Below, one piece after another: positions 1 to 9,700 of a stretch of 32,000 nucleotides of DNA. The notes under the pieces are model-generated. The model did not search any database, was not told the origin of the DNA, and saw only the letters and a list, made by a program, of their open reading frames with translations. The first letter of the stretch is position 1. The number at the start of each line of letters is the position of its first letter. Source of the stretch: Xanthomonas campestris pv. campestris str. ATCC 33913 (GTDB lineage: Bacteria; Pseudomonadota; Gammaproteobacteria; Xanthomonadales; Xanthomonadaceae). The stretch is from assembly GCF_000007145.1 (NCBI RefSeq), contig NC_003902.1, forward strand, positions 150,001 to 182,000. The letters run 5' to 3'. Position numbers and translations under genes: made by a program.

Positions 1-113
1 TCACCAACGAAGCCTCCGACGAATGGGTGTCGTCGCCGCGCACCGGCCAGCTGCCGCTGCAATACGGTGAAACCGGCCGCCAGTACCTGCTGGGCCTGCG
101 CTACAAGTTCTGA
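1..113 (+). CDS. TonB-dependent outer-membrane receptor, 3' end only (5' end off-window)
   Basis: Frame 3 reads ...GETGRQYLLGLRYKF* with TGA at 111-113. It has the same terminal RYKF beta-barrel ending as the complete receptor at 292-3492. Confidence 0.7.
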   Translation, partial: TNEASDEWVSSPRTGQLPLQYGETGRQYLLGLRYKF

Positions 114-123
114 GTGTCACCCG

Positions 124-147
124 CCCGCTGCGCACACGCGCAGCGGG
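124..147 (+). terminator. Perfect 10-bp stem hairpin after the upstream receptor gene
   Basis: cccgctgcgc-acac-gcgcagcggg lies 11 nt after the stop codon. No T-tract follows, so it may be only a stabiliser or a weak terminator. Confidence 0.4.
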
Positions 148-291
148 CCCCATTGCAAACGCTTGATCGCCGTGTATGCGCTGCCGAGACGCACGCATGC
201 AACGCGGTGGGCGTGATGTTTCGTTCGACGCCGGTGGCCTAGGGGGGCTGAGCGCGTCATTGCACCCCAGTGCCCTGGAGAGAGCCGCATC

Positions 292-3200
292 ATGCAAGCC
301 CGTTCGTGTCGTCCTGCCCAAGAGGCGGGCGCCCGCCTGTCCGCCGCGCGTTTGTCGGTGGCCATCGTTCTGGCCTTGCACGGTGTTGGCGCTGCCGCGC
401 AAACCGTGGGCCCACCGGCCACCCCGGCCGATGCGGTGGACCTGGACCGCGTGCAGGTCAAGGCCACCTATCGCGAAAGCCTGCAGCAATCGCTGGACGC
501 CAAGCGCTACAGCGTGGAGCAGGTGGATGCGATCTACGCCGAAGACATCGGCAAGTTTCCCGATCTGAATCTGGCCGAATCGATGCAGCGCATCGCCGGT
601 GTGTCCATCGACCGCGAAGGCGGCGAGGGCAAGCAGATTTCGGTGCGCGGCCTGGGCTCGGATTTCACCCGCGTGCGCATCAACGGCCTGGAAGCATTGG
701 CCACCGCCGGCAGCGGCAGCGATGGCGTCAACCGCAGCCGTGGATTCGATTTCAATACCTTCGCCTCGGAACTCTTCAGCCGCGTCACCATCAGCAAGAC
801 CCAGTCGGCGCAGACCGACGAAGGCTCGCTGGGCGCCACGGTGGATCTGCGCGGCTCGCGCCCGTTCGACTTCGACGGCTTCGAAGCAGCCGCCTCCACC
901 CAGTACGGCTACAACGATCTCTCGCGCGAACAAGATCCGCGTTTTTCCGGCCTGATCAGCAACATCTGGGCCGATGGCCGCTTCGGCGCATTGATGTCGG
1001 TGTCCTACAGCGAGCGGCATCTGCGCGAAGAAGGCTACAACCCGGTGCGCTGGGAGCACGGCAACTACCGCAACTCCAACCAGAGCACCGCCACCAACAA
1101 CGGCACCTACGGCTTCTGCTCGCCGGTGGGCTACAACCCGCAGACCCCGCGTAACCCGTTGTCGAACGAAACGCGCGCCGGCGTGGGCTCGCAGGCCAAC
1201 CAGGACCGCAACAACGGCTGGGGCAGCTACGGCATCAGCGCCACCACCTGCGGCACCGGCATCGCGCGCCCGGCCAACACACCGGAAAACATCCAGGCCT
1301 ACGAAACAGCCACCGATGCGTGGATTCCACGCTACCCGCGCTACATCCGCACCGATCACGAGATCAAGCGCCTGGGCGTCACCGGCGCGCTGCAGTTCAA
1401 GGTCAGCGACGACACGCTGCTGAATTTCGACATGCTGTATTCGAAGCTGGACAAGGACCAGCGCGAAGATTCGGTCGGCGCCAACCTGCACCGCACTGCC
1501 AACTTCGGCGGCAAGACCCAAATTGCGGTGCGCGAAGCGCAAGTGGACGAGCAAAACCGCTTGGTTTACGGCGTATTCGACAACGTCGACTACCGCACCG
1601 AATCCAGCAGCATCGAAGAATCCACCGAGTTCAAGCAATTCAGCCTGGACCTGCAGCACCGCTTCAATGACCAGGTGCGCATGACCGCGCTGGTCGGCCA
1701 TTCCACCTCCGATTACGAGCGGCCGGTGTTCTCGCTGGTGAGTTTCGACAACACCAACCTGGATGGTTTCGTGCTGGACCGGCGCGGTGGTGGCGACTAC
1801 CCGAGCATGACCTTCCCATTCAATGCCGCCGATGCCAACAACTGGCAATGGCTGGGCTATGGCGCGGTGCCGGTGAACAGCAATGGCACTGCGCGCGGCA
1901 CCAACATCAGCGAGGTGCGGCTCAACCCGCAGTCGGTGAGCAACACCTTCGACACCGCCAAGGTGGACCTGGAATTCAACATCAGCCCCACCTTCACCTT
2001 CCGCACCGGTCTGGCCTACAAGGACTACGACATGGAGACGTCGGAGTCGCGGCATGTCTCCTACGGGCGCCTGGCGCAGGGCTTGCCGGCCGGCGTGGGC
2101 GTGGGTGATCTGAGCACTACGCTGGATGGCTTTGGCCGCAGCTTGAACGGCAACTTCCCCACCAGTTGGGTGATTCCGGATTTCCAGAAAGTCGCCGACC
2201 TGCTCAACATCAATTGCAACTGCGACACCGGCGTGCCGGGCGGCGATTACCGGTTGGCCGATGTCGGCCACTTCGGTTCGTCCAACAACAATTTCCAGGT
2301 CAACGAAAAGAGCCTGGGCACCTACCTGCAGCTGGACTTCAACACCGACCTGTGGGGCCGCGCGCTACGCGGCAACCTGGGCGTGCGCTATGTGCAGACG
2401 CAGATCGCCGCCAGCGGCTATGCGCCGTGCACGGCCACCGCAAGCGGTGCGATTTCGCCAGCCTGCGAATCGTTCTTCGGCGTGGCCAGCGCTACTGCCG
2501 CGGCCGGCGAGCGCCTGCTGGTGCCCACCACCGTCAATCACAATTACCGCGACATCCTGCCCTCGTTGAATCTCTCCTGGGATGTCAGTGATGAGGTAGT
2601 GCTGCGCTTCGGCGCGGCCAAGACCATGGCGCGGCCCACGCTGGCCTATCTGTCGCCCAGCGTCAGCGGCGGCCCCACCCAGTTCTTCGATGACGGGCGC
2701 TTCTTCTCGATCAACCTGGGCAACCCCAAGCTCGACCCGTTCCGCTCCACCAACTACGACCTCAGCGCCGAATGGTATTTCCGCGAAGGCTCGCTGTTGT
2801 CGGCGGCGGTGTTCTACAAGGACATCGACAGCTACGTGCAGCGCACCCGCGTACTCACCACCTGGGAAGCGATGGGCTACTCGCTGGATCTGCTGCCGGC
2901 CGGCTTCACGCCGGACACCATTTTCAATGTGCAGAGCTACTTCAACACGCCCGGCGGCCCGCTCAAGGGCTTCGAGCTGACCTACCAACAGGCGTTCGAT
3001 TTCCTGCCCGGCTTCTGGCGCAACTTCGGCATCCAGCTCAACTACACGCAGGTCGATTCCAAGATCAATTATCTGTTCAGCACCGCCGGCAACAGCAATA
3101 CCAGCATCACCACCACCACCACCGAGCGCGACCTGCTCAACCTCTCGCCGCAGTCCTACAACGCCACCGTCTACTACGACGACGGCCGCTTCAGTGCGCG

Positions 3201-3492
3201 CGTATCCACCAGTTACCGCGATGGCTACATCAACAACATCCTCGCCCAGGAAGACGTCTACAACCTCGATGGCCAGCGCCTGGCCACCGCCGATGTCACC
3301 GGCAAATACAGCGTGGAAAACGTCGATTTCAACATGTCCTACAAGATCAGCGACCACCTGTCGCTGACGTTTGAGGCCATCAACCTGCTCGATACCCCCG
3401 ACCGCCGCTACGTCGATTCCGCACTGGAACTGCCCGACAAATACACCGTCACCGGGCGCCAGTACTACGTCGGCGCGCGCTACAAGTTCTGA
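292..3492 (+). CDS. TonB-dependent receptor (1066 aa), probably for pectin/oligogalacturonide uptake given its neighbours
   Basis: ggagag RBS precedes the ATG at 292. The signal peptide reads LSVAIVLALHGVGAAAQ and a TonB-box-like DLDRVQVKA follows. The plug motif is EDIGKFPDLNLAESMQRIAGVSIDREGGEGKQISVRGLG. The C-terminal end is YYVGARYKF. High GC3 throughout. Confidence 0.92.
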   Translation: MQARSCRPAQEAGARLSAARLSVAIVLALHGVGAAAQTVGPPATPADAVDLDRVQVKATYRESLQQSLDAKRYSVEQVDAIYAEDIGKFPDLNLAESMQRIAGVSIDREGGEGKQISVRGLGSDFTRVRINGLEALATAGSGSDGVNRSRGFDFNTFASELFSRVTISKTQSAQTDEGSLGATVDLRGSRPFDFDGFEAAASTQYGYNDLSREQDPRFSGLISNIWADGRFGALMSVSYSERHLREEGYNPVRWEHGNYRNSNQSTATNNGTYGFCSPVGYNPQTPRNPLSNETRAGVGSQANQDRNNGWGSYGISATTCGTGIARPANTPENIQAYETATDAWIPRYPRYIRTDHEIKRLGVTGALQFKVSDDTLLNFDMLYSKLDKDQREDSVGANLHRTANFGGKTQIAVREAQVDEQNRLVYGVFDNVDYRTESSSIEESTEFKQFSLDLQHRFNDQVRMTALVGHSTSDYERPVFSLVSFDNTNLDGFVLDRRGGGDYPSMTFPFNAADANNWQWLGYGAVPVNSNGTARGTNISEVRLNPQSVSNTFDTAKVDLEFNISPTFTFRTGLAYKDYDMETSESRHVSYGRLAQGLPAGVGVGDLSTTLDGFGRSLNGNFPTSWVIPDFQKVADLLNINCNCDTGVPGGDYRLADVGHFGSSNNNFQVNEKSLGTYLQLDFNTDLWGRALRGNLGVRYVQTQIAASGYAPCTATASGAISPACESFFGVASATAAAGERLLVPTTVNHNYRDILPSLNLSWDVSDEVVLRFGAAKTMARPTLAYLSPSVSGGPTQFFDDGRFFSINLGNPKLDPFRSTNYDLSAEWYFREGSLLSAAVFYKDIDSYVQRTRVLTTWEAMGYSLDLLPAGFTPDTIFNVQSYFNTPGGPLKGFELTYQQAFDFLPGFWRNFGIQLNYTQVDSKINYLFSTAGNSNTSITTTTTERDLLNLSPQSYNATVYYDDGRFSARVSTSYRDGYINNILAQEDVYNLDGQRLATADVTGKYSVENVDFNMSYKISDHLSLTFEAINLLDTPDRRYVDSALELPDKYTVTGRQYYVGARYKF

Positions 3493-3505
3493 CAGGAGAA
3501 CCGCC

Positions 3506-4483
3506 ATGCAAGAACATCGCAGACGCGTGTTACGCAGCATCGCCGCCAGCGCCGTGTTGGCGATGAGCGCACTGGGCAGTACCGCGGCCTTCGCTGCAGA
3601 CCCGGTCTATACCGTGGCCAAGCAGGGCAACGCTGGTTACCGCACCGTGCAGGCCGCGGTGGACGCCGCCGTGCAGGGCGGCAAGCGCGCGCAGATCAGC
3701 GTCGGCGCGGGCGTGTATCAAGAGCTGCTGGTGGTGCCGGCCAACGCACCGGCATTGAAGATGGTTGGCGCTGGCACCACGCAAACCGTCATCACCTACG
3801 ACAACTACGCCGCGCGCATCAATCCGGCCACCGGTAAGGAGTACGGTACCTCCGGCTCGTCCAGCGTCATCATCGCCGGCAACGACTTCACCGCCGAGCA
3901 ACTGAGCTTCGGCAACCACGCGGGCCCGGTGGGCCAGGCGGTGGCGGTGCGCGTGGATGGCGACCGCGCGGCGTTCCGCAATGTGCGTTTCCTCGGCTAC
4001 CAAGACACGCTGTACCTGCGCGGCGCCAAGCTCTCGTATTTTCTCGACTGCTATGTCGAAGGCACCGTGGATTTCGTCTTCGGCGCCGGCACTGCCCTGT
4101 TCGAAAACGTGCAGCTGCATTCGCTGGGCGATGGCTATCTCACCGCTGCTTCCACGCCGCAGGAGAGCGCACGCGGCTTCGTGTTTCGCAATGCACGCAT
4201 CACCGCCGCCAGCGGTGTCTCGCGCGTGTTCCTGGGCCGGCCGTGGCGGCCGTACGCCAGCGTGAGTTTCATCACTAGCCAGCTCGGCGCGCACATCGTG
4301 CCCGAGGGCTGGAACAACTGGGGCAACGCGGCCAACGAGGCCACCGCCCGCTACAGCGAATACCAGAACACCGGCGCCGGGGCCAACCCGTCGCGCCGCG
4401 TGAAATGGTCACGCCAGCTCACCGCCGCACAGGCCGCTGCGCTGGACCGCTCCACCGTGCTGGGCTCCTGGAGGCCGTTCTGA
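3506..4483 (+). CDS. pme: Pectin methylesterase (pectinesterase, CE8), secreted
   Basis: ATG at 3506 follows a caggag RBS and sits 14 nt after the receptor stop. The signal peptide ends AFAADP. CE8 signature blocks are present: GVYQE, GQAVAVRV, GYQDTLY, VDFVFG, LGRPWRPYA. Confidence 0.9.
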   Translation: MQEHRRRVLRSIAASAVLAMSALGSTAAFAADPVYTVAKQGNAGYRTVQAAVDAAVQGGKRAQISVGAGVYQELLVVPANAPALKMVGAGTTQTVITYDNYAARINPATGKEYGTSGSSSVIIAGNDFTAEQLSFGNHAGPVGQAVAVRVDGDRAAFRNVRFLGYQDTLYLRGAKLSYFLDCYVEGTVDFVFGAGTALFENVQLHSLGDGYLTAASTPQESARGFVFRNARITAASGVSRVFLGRPWRPYASVSFITSQLGAHIVPEGWNNWGNAANEATARYSEYQNTGAGANPSRRVKWSRQLTAAQAAALDRSTVLGSWRPF

Positions 4484-5526
4484 TGAACCGTTCGCGCACG
4501 CTGCACCTGTCCACGCTCGCCTTCGCCGGCGCCCTGTTGCTCGCACCATTGGCGGCCATGGCCGACCACATCGCCGACAACATGCTGCTGCTGCAGACCG
4601 CCTCCGGTGGCTGGTCCAAGCAGTACAAGGGCGTGGCGGTGGACTACACCCGCACCTTCACCGCCGCCGAAATCGCCGAGCTCAAGCAACCCGGGCGCAA
4701 GGACGACGCCACCATCGACAACAAGGCGACCACGTATGAAATCACGTACCTGTCCACCGCCTTCAAGAACGAAAAGAACGCCAAGTACATTGCCGCCGCA
4801 CGTCGTGGCGTGGAGTACCTGCTCAAGGCGCAATACGCCAACGGCGGCTGGCCGCAGTTCTATCCGGACCTGTCGTCCTACCACCACCAGATCACCTACA
4901 ACGACGACGCCATGGTGCGCGTGCTCAACCTGTTGCAGGACATCGGCGAGGGCAAGGGCGACACCGGCGCGCAGCTGCGTGGCAGCCACGGCGCACGCGC
5001 GCAGCAGGCGGTGACCAAGGGCCTGGAATGCGTGCTCGCCACCCAGGTCAAGATCGGCGGCACGCTCACCATCTGGGGCGCGCAGTACGACGAAGTCACG
5101 CTCAAGCCGGCCAAGGCGCGCGCGTATGAGCTCGCTTCGCTGTCGTCCAGTGAGTCGGTCAGCATCGTGCGGTTCCTGATGCGCCAGCCCAGCCCCTCGG
5201 CCAAGATCAAGACCGCGGTGCAAGCGGCCGCCACCTGGTTCGACACCCATCGCATGCGCGACCTGGCCACCAAGAAGATCGACGACCCCACCCAGGAAAC
5301 CGGCAAGGATGTGATCCTCGTCGCGCAACCGGGTGCGTCATTATGGGCGCGCTTCTACGACCTGCAGAATCAACGTCCGCTGTATGCCAACCGCGAAGGC
5401 GTTGCATTGACCGACTACATGAAAGTGCCCAACGAGCGCCGCGTCGGCTACGCCTGGCATGGCACCTGGCCGGACAAGTTGTTGAAGGAGGACGTGCCCA
5501 AGTGGCGCGCCGCCAATGGCCTGTAA
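4483..5526 (+). CDS. Pectate lyase, PelA/Pel-15E (PL10-like) family, secreted
   Basis: The ATG overlaps the pme stop (TGATG at 4481-4485). The signal peptide is LAFAGALLLAPLAAMA. Blocks QTASGGWSKQY, TIDNKATTYEI, ANGGWPQFYP and ITYNDDAMV recall the PL10 pectate lyases. The family call is from memory of that family, not from a search. Confidence 0.8.
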   Translation: MNRSRTLHLSTLAFAGALLLAPLAAMADHIADNMLLLQTASGGWSKQYKGVAVDYTRTFTAAEIAELKQPGRKDDATIDNKATTYEITYLSTAFKNEKNAKYIAAARRGVEYLLKAQYANGGWPQFYPDLSSYHHQITYNDDAMVRVLNLLQDIGEGKGDTGAQLRGSHGARAQQAVTKGLECVLATQVKIGGTLTIWGAQYDEVTLKPAKARAYELASLSSSESVSIVRFLMRQPSPSAKIKTAVQAAATWFDTHRMRDLATKKIDDPTQETGKDVILVAQPGASLWARFYDLQNQRPLYANREGVALTDYMKVPNERRVGYAWHGTWPDKLLKEDVPKWRAANGL

Positions 5527-5550
5527 GGTGGGCTGAGCAAGTGCGTCTCC

Positions 5551-5580
5551 GCCACCGCCAACCAGGCGGTGGCTGCTTTA
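5551..5580 (+). terminator. Rho-independent-type terminator after the pectate lyase gene
   Basis: 9-bp stem gccaccgcc / ggcggtggc with loop aacca, followed by tgcttta. Confidence 0.5.
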
Positions 5581-5636
5581 CGTGGTGAAAAGTACGTGGT
5601 GAACAGTACGTGGTGAACAGTACGAGGTGAGCGTGT
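5581..5636 (+). repeat. 14-bp tandem repeat, about 3.5-4 units, running into the start codon of the next gene
   Basis: Units are cgtggtgaaaagta / cgtggtgaacagta / cgtggtgaacagta / cgaggtgagcgtgt. The last, degenerate unit contains the GTG at 5627. Confidence 0.85.
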
Positions 5637-8600
5637 CGAAGGTTTTGTTGGGAATGCTGTGCATGATCGCGCTGCCGCTGAGCGCGGCCACCCCCACCGC
5701 GCCGGAACTGTTGTTCCGTGTCTCGGCCGACCGCAGCCTGGAGGCCGATGTCGCACGCGGCGATGGCGTGCCCAACTTCCGCGACAAGATCGCGCTGGTG
5801 CCCACCGGCAAACGCGGCAACGCCATCGAATGGGCCGACGACGGCGTGCTGTCGTGGAATGCGCCCGGCAACCTCTACACCCAGCGCGGCACGCTGAGCT
5901 TTTTCTGGCGCGCGCGCTACGCCGTTGGCGAAGCGCCGTTCGTGATCTTCCGCGTCGGCTACGCCGACCACACCAGCTGGGACATGGCCTGGCTGCGCAT
6001 CGACTGGAACGGCCACGGCTTCGATGCCTTCGTCACCGACGCCAACCTCGCGCGCACCCGCGTCTCCTTCAAGCTGGATAAACATCCCACTGCCAGCGAC
6101 TGGACCCACATTGCCTTCGCCTGGGATGAAACCCGCGGCGTACGCCTGTATGTGGACGGCAAGGAAGCCGCACGCGTGGACTGCGGTGCGCCCTGCGCCA
6201 ACGGCGGCGCGCTCGACTTCGACGCCGCGCTCGACCAGTTCGGCCTGGCCGGCCGCGTGATGTCGCCGCACCAGGTGCAGAGCCGCTACAACTTCCTGCG
6301 CGGCAGCGACTTCGACGAGATCCGTATCTACGACCGCATGCTCGATGGCGCCGGCGCCGCCGCACTGGCGCGCCTGCAGGAGCCCACCAGCGCTGAAGCA
6401 CCCACCAACGACGCGCAACACGCCGCCTTCCTGCACCGCTACGGCTGGGACAACGGCCACACGCCGCCTGCGCTCACCGCACCGGTCACCCGCATCCGCA
6501 AGGTGGAATTCACCGACGCGCGCGATCTCAAGCAATGGATGTGGAAGGCCACCGACGGCATCGCCGAAACCACCTGGCCCGGTGTCTACAACCGTTCGCG
6601 CCTGCCCGGCCGCAACGACTACTTCCAGCTGCCGGACTGGAACACCTACGTCGAAGGCGGCAAGGCGCTGGACCTCACCCTGCCAGACGAGCCGGTCAAC
6701 CGCATCGAGCTGCGCGGCGCCGCCTATGGCCAGGCCAGCTACACCGCGCCCACCGCCACCGGTGCAACCAACGCGCAAGCGCAACCGTTGTTCGACCGCA
6801 AGCAAGGCGTGGTGCGCAGCGTGGATACGTTTGCCGAGCGCCGTGGTGGCACGCTGCGCTTTGCCAACACCGCGCAGGAAACCCCCATCCAGGAAATCTG
6901 GGCCTACAACGTCCAGCCGGGCGAGGTGCCCGCCGTCAGCGCGCAGCTCAGCTACACCGTGCGCAGCGACATCCAGCCCGACTACGACAACCTCGCCACG
7001 CTGCGCGATGTCATCGCCGGCCGCTACCCGCCGGGCGAGCGCCAGACCGTGGTCGCGCTGCCCACCAAGGCCCCGGCCCGCAAGCGCCCCAGCGACAAGA
7101 CCGCCGCCAGCCGCGCGCAGCACCCCATCGTGCACATCCTGGTGCCGTCCAGCCTGGGCGACCCGCCGCCAGACCAGCCGCTGATGCGCAGCTGGTCCTA
7201 CGGCTGGGAAAACATGCACGACGGCCTCGATGGCATCGCCATCACGCTGCCCGCGCTCAACCTGCCGGCCACCCATAACGGCAGCATCCCGCTCAACATC
7301 CGCATCAAGGACCCCATCTGGCCCGCACGCGACATGATCGATGTCTCGGTCGCGGTCGCCCCCGGCCAGGCCCGTACGCTGTGGCTGGATCTGCGCGATC
7401 GCATCCTGAGCAACGACAGCCTGATGCTCAGCATCGCCGCCGCCGCACCCGGCTTCGATGCCAACGCGCTCGATGGCACCCAGCTGCAGCTGGTGTTCAA
7501 GCCGCGCGCCGAGGCGATCAAGGAGCACGTCGCCGACCGCTTCAACCAGGTCAAGGACAACTGGGGTTTTCTGGTGGAAGAACACACCACCTCCAAGCGC
7601 CAGCTGCTCTACAAGCGCCTGGATGCCGACATCACCGACCTGCTGCGCGTCGACCCGGACCACGCCCTCGGCCGCCAGTACTGGAACGACATCAGCTACG
7701 CCAACCAGGGCGCGTTGCCTGTCGAGATGCCCAGCGTGCCCAAGGGCGTGCCGGCCTGGGCGTTCTGGCAGCTGCAAGACCTCAGCGCTACGCGCCGCTA
7801 CATCCGCTGGTGGATCGAGCAGCGCCAGGTGGCCTACGGCGATTTCGGCGGCGGCATCTCCGACGACTCGGACCTGGTGCAGCAATGGCCCGGCGTTGCC
7901 CTGATGGGCGTGGACCCGGACATGCTCAACGCCTCCATGCTGGCGCTGTCCGATGCCAACTACCGCAACGGCATGTTCACCAACGGCCTGTCCACCATCG
8001 AAACCGACGAGCTGCATGCCTACGAAGAAGGCATCAACCTCAACAGCGCCCTGCTGTACCTCAACTGGGGCGACCCGCGCACCGTCGAGCGCCTGATGGA
8101 AACCGTCAAGGCCTTCGATAATGTCATCCAGGTCAACCCGCAAGGCCACCTGCTGTTTGCCAGCAACTGGTTCGGCGGCCGCAAGGTCTACCGCGAACCC
8201 AACTGGCAATGGCAAAAACCGTATTCGTTCCCGGTGGTGCACCCCGCCATCATCCTGGGCGCCTATAACGCCGACCCCAACAGCCGCCGCATCGTCACAG
8301 GATTAGCCGACGGCTATCTCGCCCACGCCTACACCAACGGCAAGGGCAACTGGGCGCTGCCCAACGAGATCAACTGGCAGACCGGCAAAACCCGCGGCGG
8401 CGAACTGTTCGAAGGCAGCGGCGGCGCCGACACCTTGCACACCTTCTGGGCCGCCTACCGCTTCACCGGCGATGCGCGTTACTTAAAGCCCATCAACTAC
8501 CGCGTCGCCAACAGCGGCCCCAATGGCCTCTCGCTGCTCAACGAAAACTTCCTCGATGTCATGGGCAAGCGCAGCGACTGGAGCGGCAAGCTCATCGACG

Positions 8601-9514
8601 CCGCAAACAAGGACGACGGCAGCGCCCCGGACTTCCCACACCATGTGGCCTGGGAACAAACCGGCAATCTCGATTATCTCGCCACCCTCTACCGCAGCGA
8701 GGCACGCGAGAAACTGCAGAACTTCTACATGAACACCGAAGGCCACTGGTGGAGCGACCGCGTGGAATCCCCCACGGTCAACCTGCAACGCGCACGCCTT
8801 GGCGGCGTGGCCCTCAAGCGCAACCAGACCTACCCCGGCCACACCGTGAGCTGGCGCTTCAATGACCCAGAGGCCGCCACGCAAGTAGCCATCGCCATCC
8901 CCGCACCACAGCAAGACCGCTTCACCGTCATCGCCTACAACACGTCCAACAAAGCGCAGCGCGCCAGCATGACCGGCTGGAACGTCGCCCCGGGCCAATG
9001 GCGCATCACCCAAGGCGTGAGCAAAGCCAATGACGACAAGCTCGATGGCGCAGGCAAAACGCGCGAAGTGGCTTTCGAAAAAAGCGCATCCCTCGACATC
9101 GACTTCCCCGCAGGCCGCACCACCGTCCTGCAGCTCGAACGCATCGCAGCCACCACCCCGGTCGAACTACGCCCGGACCTGGGCATTGGTCATGGCGACG
9201 TGCGCGTGACTGCAGACGCCATTGAAGTGACCGTGCACAGCCTCGGCCATGCTGACGCGCCGGCCGGGTTTGTGGTGCTGGAAGATGCGCGTGGCAAGGA
9301 GTTGGCAAGAGCTGCATTCCCGGCACTTGCGGCACCACGCGATCTGCAGCCCATCACCACGCAGGTACGCCTGCCGCTAACCAACGCAGCAAGCGCAAAA
9401 GCCGCGCAACTGCGCGTCATCACCGACGGCAACGTCGCAGAGATTACCGACCTCAACAATAATCTCGCTCTACCCGCGCAGGCGAAGCCGGCAATCGCAG
9501 AAAACAGTCAATAA
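5627..9514 (+). CDS. Large secreted protein (about 1295 aa) with an N-terminal LamG/concanavalin-A-like domain; function unknown
   Basis: Uninterrupted high-GC3 ORF. The N-terminal signal is LLGMLCMIALPLSAATP. The LamG-like pattern is GTLSFFWRA...WTHIAFAWDETRGVRLYVDGKE...FDEIRIYDR. The start is uncertain: GTG 5627, or the ATGs a few codons downstream. Confidence 0.8.
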   Translation: MSVSKVLLGMLCMIALPLSAATPTAPELLFRVSADRSLEADVARGDGVPNFRDKIALVPTGKRGNAIEWADDGVLSWNAPGNLYTQRGTLSFFWRARYAVGEAPFVIFRVGYADHTSWDMAWLRIDWNGHGFDAFVTDANLARTRVSFKLDKHPTASDWTHIAFAWDETRGVRLYVDGKEAARVDCGAPCANGGALDFDAALDQFGLAGRVMSPHQVQSRYNFLRGSDFDEIRIYDRMLDGAGAAALARLQEPTSAEAPTNDAQHAAFLHRYGWDNGHTPPALTAPVTRIRKVEFTDARDLKQWMWKATDGIAETTWPGVYNRSRLPGRNDYFQLPDWNTYVEGGKALDLTLPDEPVNRIELRGAAYGQASYTAPTATGATNAQAQPLFDRKQGVVRSVDTFAERRGGTLRFANTAQETPIQEIWAYNVQPGEVPAVSAQLSYTVRSDIQPDYDNLATLRDVIAGRYPPGERQTVVALPTKAPARKRPSDKTAASRAQHPIVHILVPSSLGDPPPDQPLMRSWSYGWENMHDGLDGIAITLPALNLPATHNGSIPLNIRIKDPIWPARDMIDVSVAVAPGQARTLWLDLRDRILSNDSLMLSIAAAAPGFDANALDGTQLQLVFKPRAEAIKEHVADRFNQVKDNWGFLVEEHTTSKRQLLYKRLDADITDLLRVDPDHALGRQYWNDISYANQGALPVEMPSVPKGVPAWAFWQLQDLSATRRYIRWWIEQRQVAYGDFGGGISDDSDLVQQWPGVALMGVDPDMLNASMLALSDANYRNGMFTNGLSTIETDELHAYEEGINLNSALLYLNWGDPRTVERLMETVKAFDNVIQVNPQGHLLFASNWFGGRKVYREPNWQWQKPYSFPVVHPAIILGAYNADPNSRRIVTGLADGYLAHAYTNGKGNWALPNEINWQTGKTRGGELFEGSGGADTLHTFWAAYRFTGDARYLKPINYRVANSGPNGLSLLNENFLDVMGKRSDWSGKLIDAANKDDGSAPDFPHHVAWEQTGNLDYLATLYRSEAREKLQNFYMNTEGHWWSDRVESPTVNLQRARLGGVALKRNQTYPGHTVSWRFNDPEAATQVAIAIPAPQQDRFTVIAYNTSNKAQRASMTGWNVAPGQWRITQGVSKANDDKLDGAGKTREVAFEKSASLDIDFPAGRTTVLQLERIAATTPVELRPDLGIGHGDVRVTADAIEVTVHSLGHADAPAGFVVLEDARGKELARAAFPALAAPRDLQPITTQVRLPLTNAASAKAAQLRVITDGNVAEITDLNNNLALPAQAKPAIAENSQ

Positions 9515-9529
9515 CCCGAGACACCAAGC

Positions 9530-9553
9530 CCTTCTCCCGCACGCGGGAGAAGG
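9530..9553 (+). terminator. Hairpin after the LamG-like gene
   Basis: ccttctccc-gcacgc-gggagaagg is a perfect 9-bp stem 16 nt after the stop. No T-tract follows. Confidence 0.4.
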
Positions 9554-9700
9554 TGTACGCAGGACGGATGAAGAAAAAGCCGATAAAGCCAGCGACCAGT
9601 CGCGCAAGCGCATTGACGCAACCCAAAAACTCGGCGAGGATCAAGGCACGCAGTATTAATGCAGCCGCAAAGCCACACATTTCTTCAGGGGGAAGAAACA

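Noticed and set aside
1-2271. 756-aa ORF on the - strand, plus similar long antisense ORFs at 2365-3540, 5207-8242, 18351-19538, 24375-26978, 26909-28015, 28862-30490 and 30292-31992
   Set aside because: They lie antisense to genes with clear family signatures. Their translations are Ala/Arg/Gly/Val-rich with no motifs. Stop-free antisense frames are the expected artefact of very high GC3 coding sequence.
9515-9700. Possible attI site, intI remnant or extra attC at the left edge of the array, including the hairpin at 9530-9553 (AAGCCCTTCTCCCGCACGCGGGAGAAGG)
   Set aside because: No tyrosine-recombinase-like reading frame occurs on either strand here. The hairpin lacks the R''/R' core boxes and the TTAATTCA block of the other sites, and fits better as a terminator for the upstream gene.
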